26,719 nt of DNA, from assembly GCA_000388065.2 (NCBI GenBank), contig KB932208.1. One strand, written 5' to 3'. This DNA comes from Fonticula alba ATCC 38817. Taxonomy: Eukaryota; Protista; Nucleariida. Below are positions 9,874-19,500 of the stretch, piece after piece (position 1 is the first letter of the stretch; each line of letters opens with the position of its first letter). A program made the position numbers and the translations under genes. The notes under the pieces are model-generated. The model ran no database searches and was not told the DNA's origin. It saw only the letters and a program-made list of their open reading frames with translations.

Positions 9874-11390
9874 TTATTCGGCCGGCGTGTCCCGCCTGCA
9901 GAAGGTCGCGCGGCATGGTGTGACGAAGAAAGGGGGAGAGAGAGAGAGAGAGGGAGGGAGGGAGGGAGGGAGAGAGAGAGGCAAAGGATAAAAGTGCAGC
10001 GGATTTGCCCCCGGGTCGCGGCTTTGGCCACCACACTCACAGCTGGATGGCTCACGAGAAGAGGGGCAACGGGAGGTGGCGGGAGGGGAGGACAAGCACT
10101 GGCACGACATCGCCCTACTGCTTACCCGGAGCGAGCCTTGAGATGCTTGCGGATGGCATCGGCGCCAAGGCTGATGACCCGCGGCGGCGGGTCGACAATG
10201 GTATTCTCACTAAGCAGGAAGTGCTTGAGGTTTGCCAACCGGTGGAGGTCGGTCGGCAGGTCGGACAGCTGGTTGTTGGTGAAGTCCAAACGGACCAGCT
10301 CAGAAGCATTGGCCAGCTCCTTCGGCAGGGCGCCGATGATGTTGTTCCGCGCCTCGAAAGAAGTGAGGTTGGAGCACTCGCTGCGTGTGTGCGTGTGTGT
10401 GTGTGTGTGGGAGATAGGGAGAGAGAGAGAGAGAGAGAGGGAGGGAGGGAGAGAAGGAGGAGGTGAATGGTGAGCAGGGTGGGCGCGACCTCGGATGATG
10501 CTAGCATATATGGAAGAACGAACCCAAGGGCGGCCGGGAGGCTGGACAACTGGTTGTGGTTGAGAACCAGGCGGCGAAGGTTCCCCAGCCGAGCGATATC
10601 CCCCGGGATGACACTGATGATGTTCTGGGACATATCCAACTCTTCGAGCTGAGCAAGCTCGAACACAGCGTCGGGGATGGCATCAAACTGGTTATCACTG
10701 AGTGATGCAGCGGGGAGGAAGAGCGGGCGAGAGAGAGAGAGAGAGAGAGAGGAGGGGGGAGGCCGAAGGGAATAGAGGGTCAGTGGGCGGAGTCACAGGT
10801 GGGCAGGAAAAGGACACACGAGACGCGGCAGAAGAGGGCCAAATGGCCGGATCGCCAACGGCCAAATCCGCGAGCGAAGGAAGGAAGGGGACGCACCCCA
10901 GGTTCAGATACTTCAGGGCAATCATCTGCCGGCCGAAATCCATCATCGGGAAGGACTGAACCTTGAGCTTGTTCTTGCGAAGGGCCAGGTGCTCCAGGGT
11001 CTTCCCACTGCCGACCAGCGTGTCGGGGAGGTCGCTCAGCGAGCAATCCATCAGCGACAGGGTCTTCAGGGTCTTCAGGGCACCGAGGTCCTGCTCATCC
11101 AGGATGCCCAGCTGCGGGTTGTCATCCATGCGCAAGATCTCCAGCTTCTCCCAGTAGATCAGGCAGCTGGGCATCTCGTTGATGGAGGTGTTTGACAGGT
11201 CCAGGTGCTGGATGGACTTGAGCATCTTGGCCGCATCCGGCAGGGAGGACAGATTCTTGTTGTCGCGGAGGGTAAGCTGCTGGAGGTGCTCAAGGTCGCA
11301 CACTGGAGCGGGATCGGGCGTCAGAAAGCGAGTCAGCGGGGGGGGGGGGGGGGGAGGCAAGAAGACAGGGAGAAGGGCCAGAAAAGAGAG

Positions 11391-11434
<44 letters not shown>

Positions 11435-13184
11435 GCACGCTCTTCAGGCAGACGCTGGACGTTGTTGTCATTGAGGTCAAGAATGCGGAGCTTCTGCAGG
11501 TTGCCAATTTCCTTCGAGATAGAGACAATCCGGTTCTCGAAGAGGATGAATTTCTGCCAGGATGGAGCAACGAAGAAGGTCACGAGGAGAGGAGGGATTG
11601 ACGGAGGAGGGGCACAGCGGGGCATGGTGGGCGACAGAAGGTGAGTTGCAGGCGAGACGGAAAGCAAGAGCGAGAGCTTGTCGCGGCAGCGAGAAAAGCC
11701 CAGAGAGATAGTGTGTGTGTGTGTGTGAGGGAGGAAGCGGGACAGTTTGAACATACCTCGAGGCCGACAAGCGAGGCCACATCGTCGAGGATGTTGCGCA
11801 GCTGGTTGTTCGACATGTCCAGGATCTGCAGCTCGGACAGGCCGTAGATGGAGTCGGGGATGGTCTGCGAGCCGGAGGGGGGGAGCGGGGTCAGCGAGAG
11901 GCCGGCGGGGGCAGGGCACGGTGACATGGTCGGGAGGCTGTGCAGATGTGCGGATATGTGGCTGCGTGCGCTGACGCGCACCTTGAAAATGTTCTTGCTG
12001 AGGTTCAAGATACGCAGGGACTTCAACTGGTTCATGGAATCGGGCAGCTCCCTATCGAGGGCAGGCGTGAGTGCCGGAGGAAGAAACAGACGTCAGCCCG
12101 ACAGCCGGGGATTCGGNNNNNNNNNNNNNNNNNNNNNNNNNNNNNNNNNNNNNNNNNNNNNNNNNNNNNNNNNNNNNNNNNNNNNNNNNNNNNNNNNNNN
12201 NNNNNNNNNNNNNNNNNNNNNNNNNNNNNNNNNNNNNNNNNNNNNNNNNNNNNNNNNNNNNNNNNNNNNNNNNNNNNNNNNNNNNNNNNNNNNNNNNNNN
12301 NNNNNNNNNNNNNNNNNNNNNNNNNNNNNNNNNNNNNNNNNNNNNNNNNNNNNNNNNNNNNNNNNNNNNNNNNNNNNNNNNNNNNNNNNNNNNNNNNNNN
12401 NNNNNNNNNNNNNNNNNNNNNNNNNNNNNNNNNNNNNNNNNNNNNNNNNNNNNNNNNNNNNNNNNNNNNNNNNNNNNNNNNNNNNNNNNNNNNNNNNNNN
12501 NNNNNNNNNNNNNNNNNNNNNNNNNNNNNNNNNNNNNNNNNNNNNNNNNNNNNNNNNNNNNNNNNNNNNNNNNNNNNNNNNNNNNNNNNNNNNNNNNNNN
12601 NNNNNNNNNNNNNNNNNNNNNNNNNNNNNNNNNNNNNNNNNNNNNNNNNNNNNNNNNNNNNNNNNNNNNNNNNNNNNNNNNNNNNNNNNNNNNNNNNNNN
12701 NNNNNNNNNNNNNNNNNNNNNNNNNNNNNNNNNNNNNNNNNNNNNNNNNNNNNNNNNNNNNNNNNNNNNNNNNNNNNNNNNNNNNNNNNNNNNNNNNNNN
12801 NNNNNNNNNNNNNNNNNNNNNNNNNNNNNNNNNNNNNNNNNNNNNNNNNNNNNNNNNNNNNNNNNNNNNNNNNNNNNNNNNNNNNNNNNNNNNNNNNNNN
12901 NNNNNNNNNNNNNNNNNNNNNNNNNNNNNNNNGGGGGGGGCTTTTTCCCGGAGGACAAGTGGGCCCGAAGAGGGGGCGGCCCGAGGGGGGTGTATGTACG
13001 CACGGATCTCCAGTGGAATGGAGGTGAGCTGGTTCCGGGACAGGTTGAGATTGACCAGGGCCCGGGCCTTGCCGATCACTGGAGGGATCTCCTCAATCTG
13101 GCGGTCCGAGAGATCAAGGTCCTCGTCCTCCTTCTTGGCGGACTTGCGGATCTCCCGGGCGAGGGCGGAGTTGACGTTGCCCAT
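9874..13184 (-). CDS. Leucine-rich-repeat protein with MGxxxS N-terminus. Exons 13184-13004, [exon(s) in gap], 12051-11982, 11864-11757, 11553-11439, 11302-10897, 10697-10524, 10380-10126, probable last exon 9895-9874; >440 aa
   Basis: Repeated LxxLxLxxNxLxxLP units continue across in-phase junctions (LPEE|LCDLEHLQQLTL, YLNLG|DNQFDAIP, LPAALG|ECSNLTSFEARNN). C-terminal cap PPPRVISLGADAIRKHL. If the last intron is not spliced, the CDS ends at TAA 10124-10122. Confidence 0.88.
12117..12932. other. Assembly gap (816 N) inside the LRR gene
   Basis: N run. Exon phases on either side (1 and 2) are incompatible without additional hidden coding sequence. Confidence 0.9.
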
Positions 13185-13419
13185 GGTTGTGTGGGGGGAA
13201 AGAAGGGGGGGGGGGCGCGAAATGCAGAGCGGAAGCGATGTGGGGGGGGGCAGGGGAGGGAAAGGGGAAAGGCGAGGTGACCAGCCAGTGACCCGGGCCG
13301 CAGTTCCGGGCCGCCCGCCCTTCAGAGGAGGACCCCGCCGCGGTGGTCGGCGGGCTGGCCAGGCCAACCTCTGGCTCGTTGGTCTCTTTCCGGCTCGCCG
13401 CCCCCCCCTGCGCGTGTAT

Positions 13420-13463
13420 TATTGGCACGGGCGCGCGCGCGCGCGCGCGCGTATTGGCCATTA
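13420..13463 (-). promoter_or_regulatory. Putative promoter module of the LRR gene: two CCAAT boxes flanking a (GC)10 tract
   Basis: ATTGG at 13421 and 13453 (CCAAT on the minus strand), 32 bp apart, about 240-270 bp upstream of ATG 13184, within a locally AT-richer patch. Confidence 0.4.
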
Positions 13464-13660
13464 GAATAGCCCGCACATCCCTGGTTCGCCTGATCCCCGC
13501 GCCAAGCGTGGCCCCCGCCTTTTCACGCACAGTGAGACCGCCCACGCCGTTCGAGGGGACGGCCGGCCGACCCCTGCCCGGGAAGGCGGGACAGTGAAAC
13601 TATTTTTTCAATTGTGGACCAGGCCCGCTGGCTCGCCCAGCGCGCCGGCGGTCGTTTGGT

Positions 13661-13686
13661 CCCCCCCCCCCCCATCCCCCCCCCCG

Positions 13687-13727
<41 letters not shown>
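13661..13727 (+). repeat. Near-pure poly-C tract (~67 nt)
   Basis: Directly visible; interrupted only by AT at 13674-13675 and G at 13686. Confidence 0.9.
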
Positions 13728-14074
13728 ATGCGAGGCCAGGCAAGCCCCTGTTGCAGCCAGCCGCCCGCCCTGACAAAAGAAAACAAAGTTCCGCGCATTC
13801 CCCCCCGTTCTTAGCTCAAGAAGCCGCCAGGCATGCCCCCGCGGGGAGGGAGGGGGGGGACAAGGAAGGCACCTCACTTGCTCCGGCCCCGCTCCTGCTG
13901 GCTAGCGGCGAGCCTCGGACACACACACACACACATAAATATATGCACACACCAGAAAAGACGAAAAATGCACACACACACACACACACACACATACACA
14001 CCCACGACGGAACGCGAGACGGGGAGCCGCGGCCGGGGCAGGGCGGGCCAGAGGAATGTATTACCACGTGATTG

Positions 14075-15643
14075 TCAGTCATACCGGCGCTCGTGGATCA
14101 CCCCGAGCCCGGACTTGCTCTTGATGCCGAAGGACCGATCGCGGCTGAGCTGCGCACGCTCCTCGGCCACCCGGCGCAGCTCGTCGATGCGGCTTTGGTC
14201 CGCGGCCAGGATATTCCGGATGCTATCGGCGGCTGCCTGGCTCCGCGCGCGCTGGGCAGACCGCAGGGAGTCCGCATCGTTCGCCACCATCGACATCAGC
14301 CCGGCATCGTCCTCGGCAAAGGGATCGTCCAGGGCCGCCAAATCGGCCAGGGAGGACCCGCGGCCGAGCCGACCGGCCGACCGACCACGGTTCGGATTCG
14401 CCAGCCAGGCGTCGTAGTCGTAGTACCTTTTTTGGGATTCGGCAAGGGGGAGCGCGGGGGCAGGGGAGAGGGAGGGGGCGTCAGCAGAGAGGAGCAGCGA
14501 GATGGCGGGTGGCGAGAAGAGAAGGGAAGGGGGGGGAGGGGGGGGGGGGACAAAAACGCACTTCTGGTCAGGAAGGGAGCCCGCATTGTAGAGGCTGGCG
14601 AACTCCATGAAGAGAGAGCGCTCCTGCTGGCGGGAGATCTGGTCCGGACGCTCCTTCTTCACCTCCTGCAGCCAGGCCATGAACTCCTGCTCCTTGGTGT
14701 GGCGGTCTTCAATGCTGTGGGAGTGTCGGCACCCCGAGAAGAGAAGCGGGGAGGGGGAAAGGAGGGAGGGGGGAGGGGCAGGTAAGTACGGCTGGCGAAC
14801 GGAGAACCGAGAATGTGCGACAGGAGAATCGAGGGAAAAGGACCACCGGGGGGGGGGGGGGGGGGGGGGCAAGGGTTGCTCGCCACGGGCTGTTTGCTTC
14901 GGGGGGGGGGGGGGAGACGTACCGGATGAAGCCATACTTGCCAATGGAAGAGGACTCGCTCTGGCGCTTGGCCGCGCGCTCGGCCCGCTCGCGGGCTTCG
15001 ATACGACGCTCACGCGAGGATGACCGGCTGTCGCGGCGCCGCGAGCGCCGATGGCGACGCCGGCTGCTCCGCTCCCGGGACGAGTCGCTGTCATCCCCGG
15101 AGGAGGCCGACCGGGACCGAGACCGGCGCCGACGCCGGCGCCGACGTTCGCGATCTGAGTCCCGGCGGCTGTCCCGGCGCCGACGCCGGCGCTCGCCCCG
15201 GTCATCGTCGGACCCGCTGCCAGCCGACCGAGATCGCGACCGGGACCGGGAGGCATCGGCCGAAAGGGACCGCCGGCGGCTCCGCCGGGGGTCCTTGTCA
15301 TCGATGTCACGGCGTCGCGACCGCCTGCCGGAGGGCGATCGGCTCACGGAGCGAGACGACCGGCGCCGCGAACGCGACGACCGGCTGCGGCTGCGGCTGC
15401 GGCTGCGGCTTCGATTCCGGGCGCGGCGACTGGAAGACTGACGCCAGGGGGAGCACATAAGAAGAGGAACATGACTTGTGTCAATCACGGCCAAAGAACG
15501 GGCAAGCAAAGTGCACGCGACTGGGGAAGCCATACGGAGCGCTCACTGGCGGCCACATCCGACCGGGCTGGCGACCGGGACCGAGACCGGGACCGGGACC
15601 GACGCGATTCCCGCCGACCGAGGGAGTCCTCCGAACGGGACAT
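14075..15643 (-). CDS. Conserved uncharacterised RS-rich protein. Exons 15643-15536, 15437-14923, 14714-14562, 14426-14075; 375 aa
   Basis: Exons total 1128 nt in phase (donors GTATGG, GTACGT, GTGCGT). The N-terminal half is RS/RD dipeptide-rich. The spliced C-terminal domain GKYGFIRIEDRHTKEQEFMAWLQEVKKERPDQISRQQERSLFMEFASLYNAGSLPDQKYYDYDAW resembles, from memory, an unnamed plant/fungal family (KYGII...EFxAWLxEVK...FxEDxNTATxPxxKYYD). Confidence 0.85.
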
Positions 15644-15694
15644 GTATGTATGTATGTGTGGTACTGGGGGGGGGNNNNNNNNNNGTGTGGTACT

Positions 15695-15728
15695 GGGGGG
15701 GGGGGGGGGGGGGGGGGGGGGGAGGGGG

Positions 15729-15765
<37 letters not shown>
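15695..15765 (+). repeat. Near-pure poly-G tract (~70 nt) just upstream of the RS-protein start, next to a 10-N gap (15675-15684)
   Basis: Directly visible. Confidence 0.85.
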
Positions 15766-15766
<1 letters not shown>

Positions 15767-15992
15767 GGAGAGATGCAAGAAGGAGGAGCAGGCGTGAGGG
15801 GGGACGGTGTGATACATGCACAGGAGGAAGGCGCATGCGAGGGAGATGAGAGTCGTGACCCTCGGCGGGCGGCAATCGCCGCTGGCCACCGGGCCCCTTC
15901 AGTGTCGCGGGGGACGGGTGGGGAGGCGAGGGGAGGCAGTCGGCCCGGACGCCCGCAGGAACCTCGCCCGCCCCCAGCCACCACCGCACAAC

Positions 15993-16028
15993 ACACCGAC
16001 ACACCGACACACCGACACACCGACACAC
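15993..16028 (+). repeat. 8-bp tandem repeat (ACACCGAC)x4
   Basis: Directly visible in the region between the divergent genes. Confidence 0.9.
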
Positions 16029-16131
16029 TCTACTCGCACACCTGCATATGGCCTCCCACAGCAGAATGCCCCTCACTCCCCCGCCGCCTCGGTAGTCCAC
16101 TGGCCTGCTGACTCGCACCCTGCCAGCCCCC

Positions 16132-16265
16132 NNNNNNNNNNNNNNNNNNNNNNNNNNNNNNNNNNNNNNNNNNNNNNNNNNNNNNNNNNNNNNNNNNNNN
16201 NNNNNNNNNNNNNNNNNNNNNNNNNNNNNNNNNNNNNNNNNNNNNNNNNNNNNNNNNNNNNNNNN
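16132..16265. other. Assembly gap (134 N) in the divergent promoter region
   Basis: N run. Confidence 0.95.
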
Positions 16266-16556
16266 CCGCCGCTCCCGCGGGGGGGCGTCACCCCCTCGGC
16301 GTGATGTGGCGGCGCGTGATGCATCACATGGGTGCCCTCGCCCGATCAGGATTTGAAGATCTGCCACATCGGGGAAGCCGGGACAGGGACACGGGGGGGG
16401 CCCCGGGTGGAAAAAGAGAAATGGGAGGAATAACAGACCCATTATTATGGCATCTGCCAGCCGGCGAGAAGGAGGCGCAGACCAAGGGCCGCGCATCTGC
16501 AGACCGAGCGCGCCAGGCCAAGGACGCGCAACAAACATGGTCTCGACCCGCCGCCC

Positions 16557-19500
16557 ATGGAGGGTGATGGACCACCACTAGCGGGACGCGCCTTGTGCCT
16601 AGCGGCCGGGTGTGGCATGGTTGTCTTCCAATCGGCCATCGGCGGTGTGTATGTCCAGTGTGTATGTCCAGTGTGTATGTCCAGTGTGTATGCGTCCCAC
16701 ATTTGGGTGGCCAGACTGGATTGCACCCTCCTCCCGACCGCCGCACCCCCCTCCCCTCTCGCCTCTCGCTTCTGCCCTTAACTCACGCCTCCCCCCTCTC
16801 TCCGTTCGACTTGCGCCCGGGGGCCACGAACACTTGCGCATCTAGACACACACACACACACATAGACCACACCTCTTCCTCCTCCTCCTCCCCCCCCCCC
16901 TCCTCCTCTCTTGTGACACATGTATGTGCACCTGGCCGTGTCCGGCCAGTCGGCGCCGGCCGCTCCTCCCACCCGCTCCCCTCACCGCCGGCACCAGCCA
17001 CTGACATCCCCCGGCCCCCTCCCTTTGTGTGCAGGTCTTCGCCGCCGGTGGGCGACGGCCAGTCATCGCTGGCCAGCCAGCGTGCGTCGGCCGCTGTGTC
17101 CGGCGCCTACAGGGCCGTGGTCGGCTGGCTGCCGCCCTCCATCCAACGGAACATCCCGCCGGAGCTTCCCCTGCTTGATCCCTCGGGCCCCTCGTCCCCG
17201 GGCCCCGACTCGGATGTGGACATGGGCTTCGGGGGCCATGGGCGATCGGGGTCGCGCGCTGGCCGGGCCCCGCAGCCCGGCGACCCGACCACCGCCCACT
17301 GGATTGACGAGTCCCTGACCCTGGGCCGGTGCCTGGGCTGCGCGCGGAAGCTCACCCTCGGGGTGAATCTCGGACGCGTGGGCATGGGCGTCGGCCGCCA
17401 CCATTGCCGACAGTACGCGCACATGCACACATGCCCCCTCCCCTGCACCCCCTGGTGGCCTTCCCTCCCCCCCCGCTGACACCGTTACCTCCATGTGCCC
17501 CGGGCATTGGCAGCTGTGGCGGTGTCTTCTGCGCTGCCTGCTCGGACTATGCGCTGCCTCTGAATGAGGAGGGGCATATGCTGCCGAGCAGCGAGTCCTT
17601 CGCACAGCCGGGCCGGCGCCTGCACCGGGCCTGCTACGATTGCTCGCGCAAGCACCATGAGCTGCTTCGGTCGGGCGGAACCGGGCGCGGCGAGTCCGGC
17701 ACCGACTCGCCGGTGACGGGCTCCCCCTCGGGCCTCGCGTCCCCCCGAAGCGTGGGCCTCATCGTCGAAGATGCCGAGGATGCCGAGCCGCCACCTGTGC
17801 GCAAGCTGACGGCGGCCTTCAAGAAATCCCGCAAAACCTACCAGGACCAGCTGAAGTTGGACGCGGCGCGGGCGCTCACCCGGGCCGAGCGCGCCGCCCA
17901 GCATGTTGTCCAACATGGAGGTTCGTTGGGAACCCCTGTCGCCAGATGACCATCGGGCGGCCACCTGCCCGCCCTTCCTGCCTATCTCTCTCTCTCTCTC
18001 TCTCCCTTCCCCTTGCCTCTGAGAGCTGTGACCCATCCTCTCACAAGTGTGTGTGCGTGTGGGCCGGGGCGATCGATCGTGCGATATTGACATGCTGGTG
18101 CGCGCCATGGGCAGGTGCCTTTCCGCCGATCCCCTCCCTTCTCTCCGGGCCCGGGCCCTTCCCATGCTCGAATTGCTCGACCCCCCTGCGCCTGCCGGCC
18201 GAGCATCCACACTCTCGGTCGGCCGCCTCGAGCGCCGCCTCGCAGCTGGAACGCGCGTCCACCTCCTTCCTGAGGTTTATGTCCATGTCGATCACCGGCA
18301 GTGGCGGCGGCGGCGGCGGCGGCGGGGGGGACAATCCGTCGGCCGAGGGCGCCGCGGCCCCGAACCCGGGTGCTGACCCCCTGCCCGAGGCGGCCGTCGG
18401 CGAGTGTTGCTGGCTCTGCGGGGCGGTCTCCTGCGGCGATGCGGTGGAAGCGGCCCAGGAGCCGGGTGCCGCCTCGGGGGAGGGAAATGCCCCGTCCGGG
18501 CCCCGGGGCGCGGTGCTTGTCCGCTCGCGCTGCCACACGGTGGCCTCCATCTCCTGCCTGGAGTCGGCCACCCCCCAGAGCGGCCCGGGTGGCATCCCCC
18601 TCCGGCCGGGGGCCGTGCTGAATGAGGTGTTCAATGAGCACGGGGCCCCGGTGCCGGCGCCCCAGCGGGCCTGCCTGAAGATGTGCACCCCCTGCCGGGA
18701 CCTGATCATGATCCATGTAATCGGCCTGCGGAAGGCGGAGAATTTGCGCGCCCGGCGCATCGGCGCAGACCCGGCCACGGCCTCGGCCCCGGCCGCCGAC
18801 AGTGCCACCCGGGTGGAGCTCTTCGTTCCCAGCTGGGACGGTCGCCGGTCGCCCGAGGTGTCGGTGTACCTGGTACGCGGGTGGTCTCGGCATGGACGCC
18901 GACATGCGTGCTCTTTCTCTCCTCCTGCCGCCTGCGACCGCTCTCCCGGAGCCCCTGCCGGCGTGCGCTGACACGACCTCCCTCCCCCCCCCCTCCCCCC
19001 CTGCAACTGTGGCAGCGTCTGCGCGCCTTGCGCCTGCAACTGGAGCGCGACAGTGCCATATACAATGACATGGTGAATCGGCTGTTTGGACCGGACCCGG
19101 TGGAGAAGGATCCGGAGTCGGAATTCGCCTCCCTGCCGCCGGCGGCCCAGCGTGCTCGGCTGTATGACCGGGCCCAGGAACTTCGGGCCAAATTGGCCGA
19201 GAGCTATTTGCGTCTGGACGCCACGGCGTACGTGTGCCATGCGGCCTCCTCTCGCTTGCGGCATTTGATCCTTTTTTTTTCTCTTTCCCCTCCGCCCATG
19301 CCCATATGCTCTGCTTGAAAAGGAAGCGGAGGGGAGGGGGGGGAGGGGCGGCGCTGTGCGGCCACTGACGACATGCACCCTGCCGGGGTGGGGGGGCGGT
19401 TGATTGGATGGCGTGCAGAAAAAAGCTTCGGGAAGCCCCGCTGGAGACCGTCAGCCCGACGCTGGCCGTTGTCCATGCGAATATGATCCGCGCCACTGGG

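Noticed and set aside
10126-10200. LRR C-cap (PPPRVISLGADAIRKHL) like the one preceding Roc GTPase domains in ROCO proteins
   Set aside because: No P-loop or Roc/COR sequence follows; the gene ends within a few codons and abuts MTHFR.
11848-13464. Long ORFs spanning N gaps (several frames here, and around 7412-8590 and 15543-16538)
   Set aside because: Artefacts of translating N as X.
13545-13560. GTTCGA T-loop-like words (also near 4251, 5784, 11807, 16803) suggesting tRNA genes
   Set aside because: No matching acceptor stem, D-arm or A-box seen; several lie inside coding exons.
15656-15705. Direct repeat GTGTGGTACT+poly-G on both sides of the 10-N gap, resembling a target-site duplication
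   Set aside because: Best explained as unmerged overlapping contig ends at a homopolymer, i.e. an assembly artefact.
16593-16630. LCLAAGCGMVVF in the tentative exon 1 resembles the start of the C2H2 finger of Vac1/rabenosyn
   Set aside because: No His pair follows with any of the donor choices, so it is not supportable as a zinc finger.
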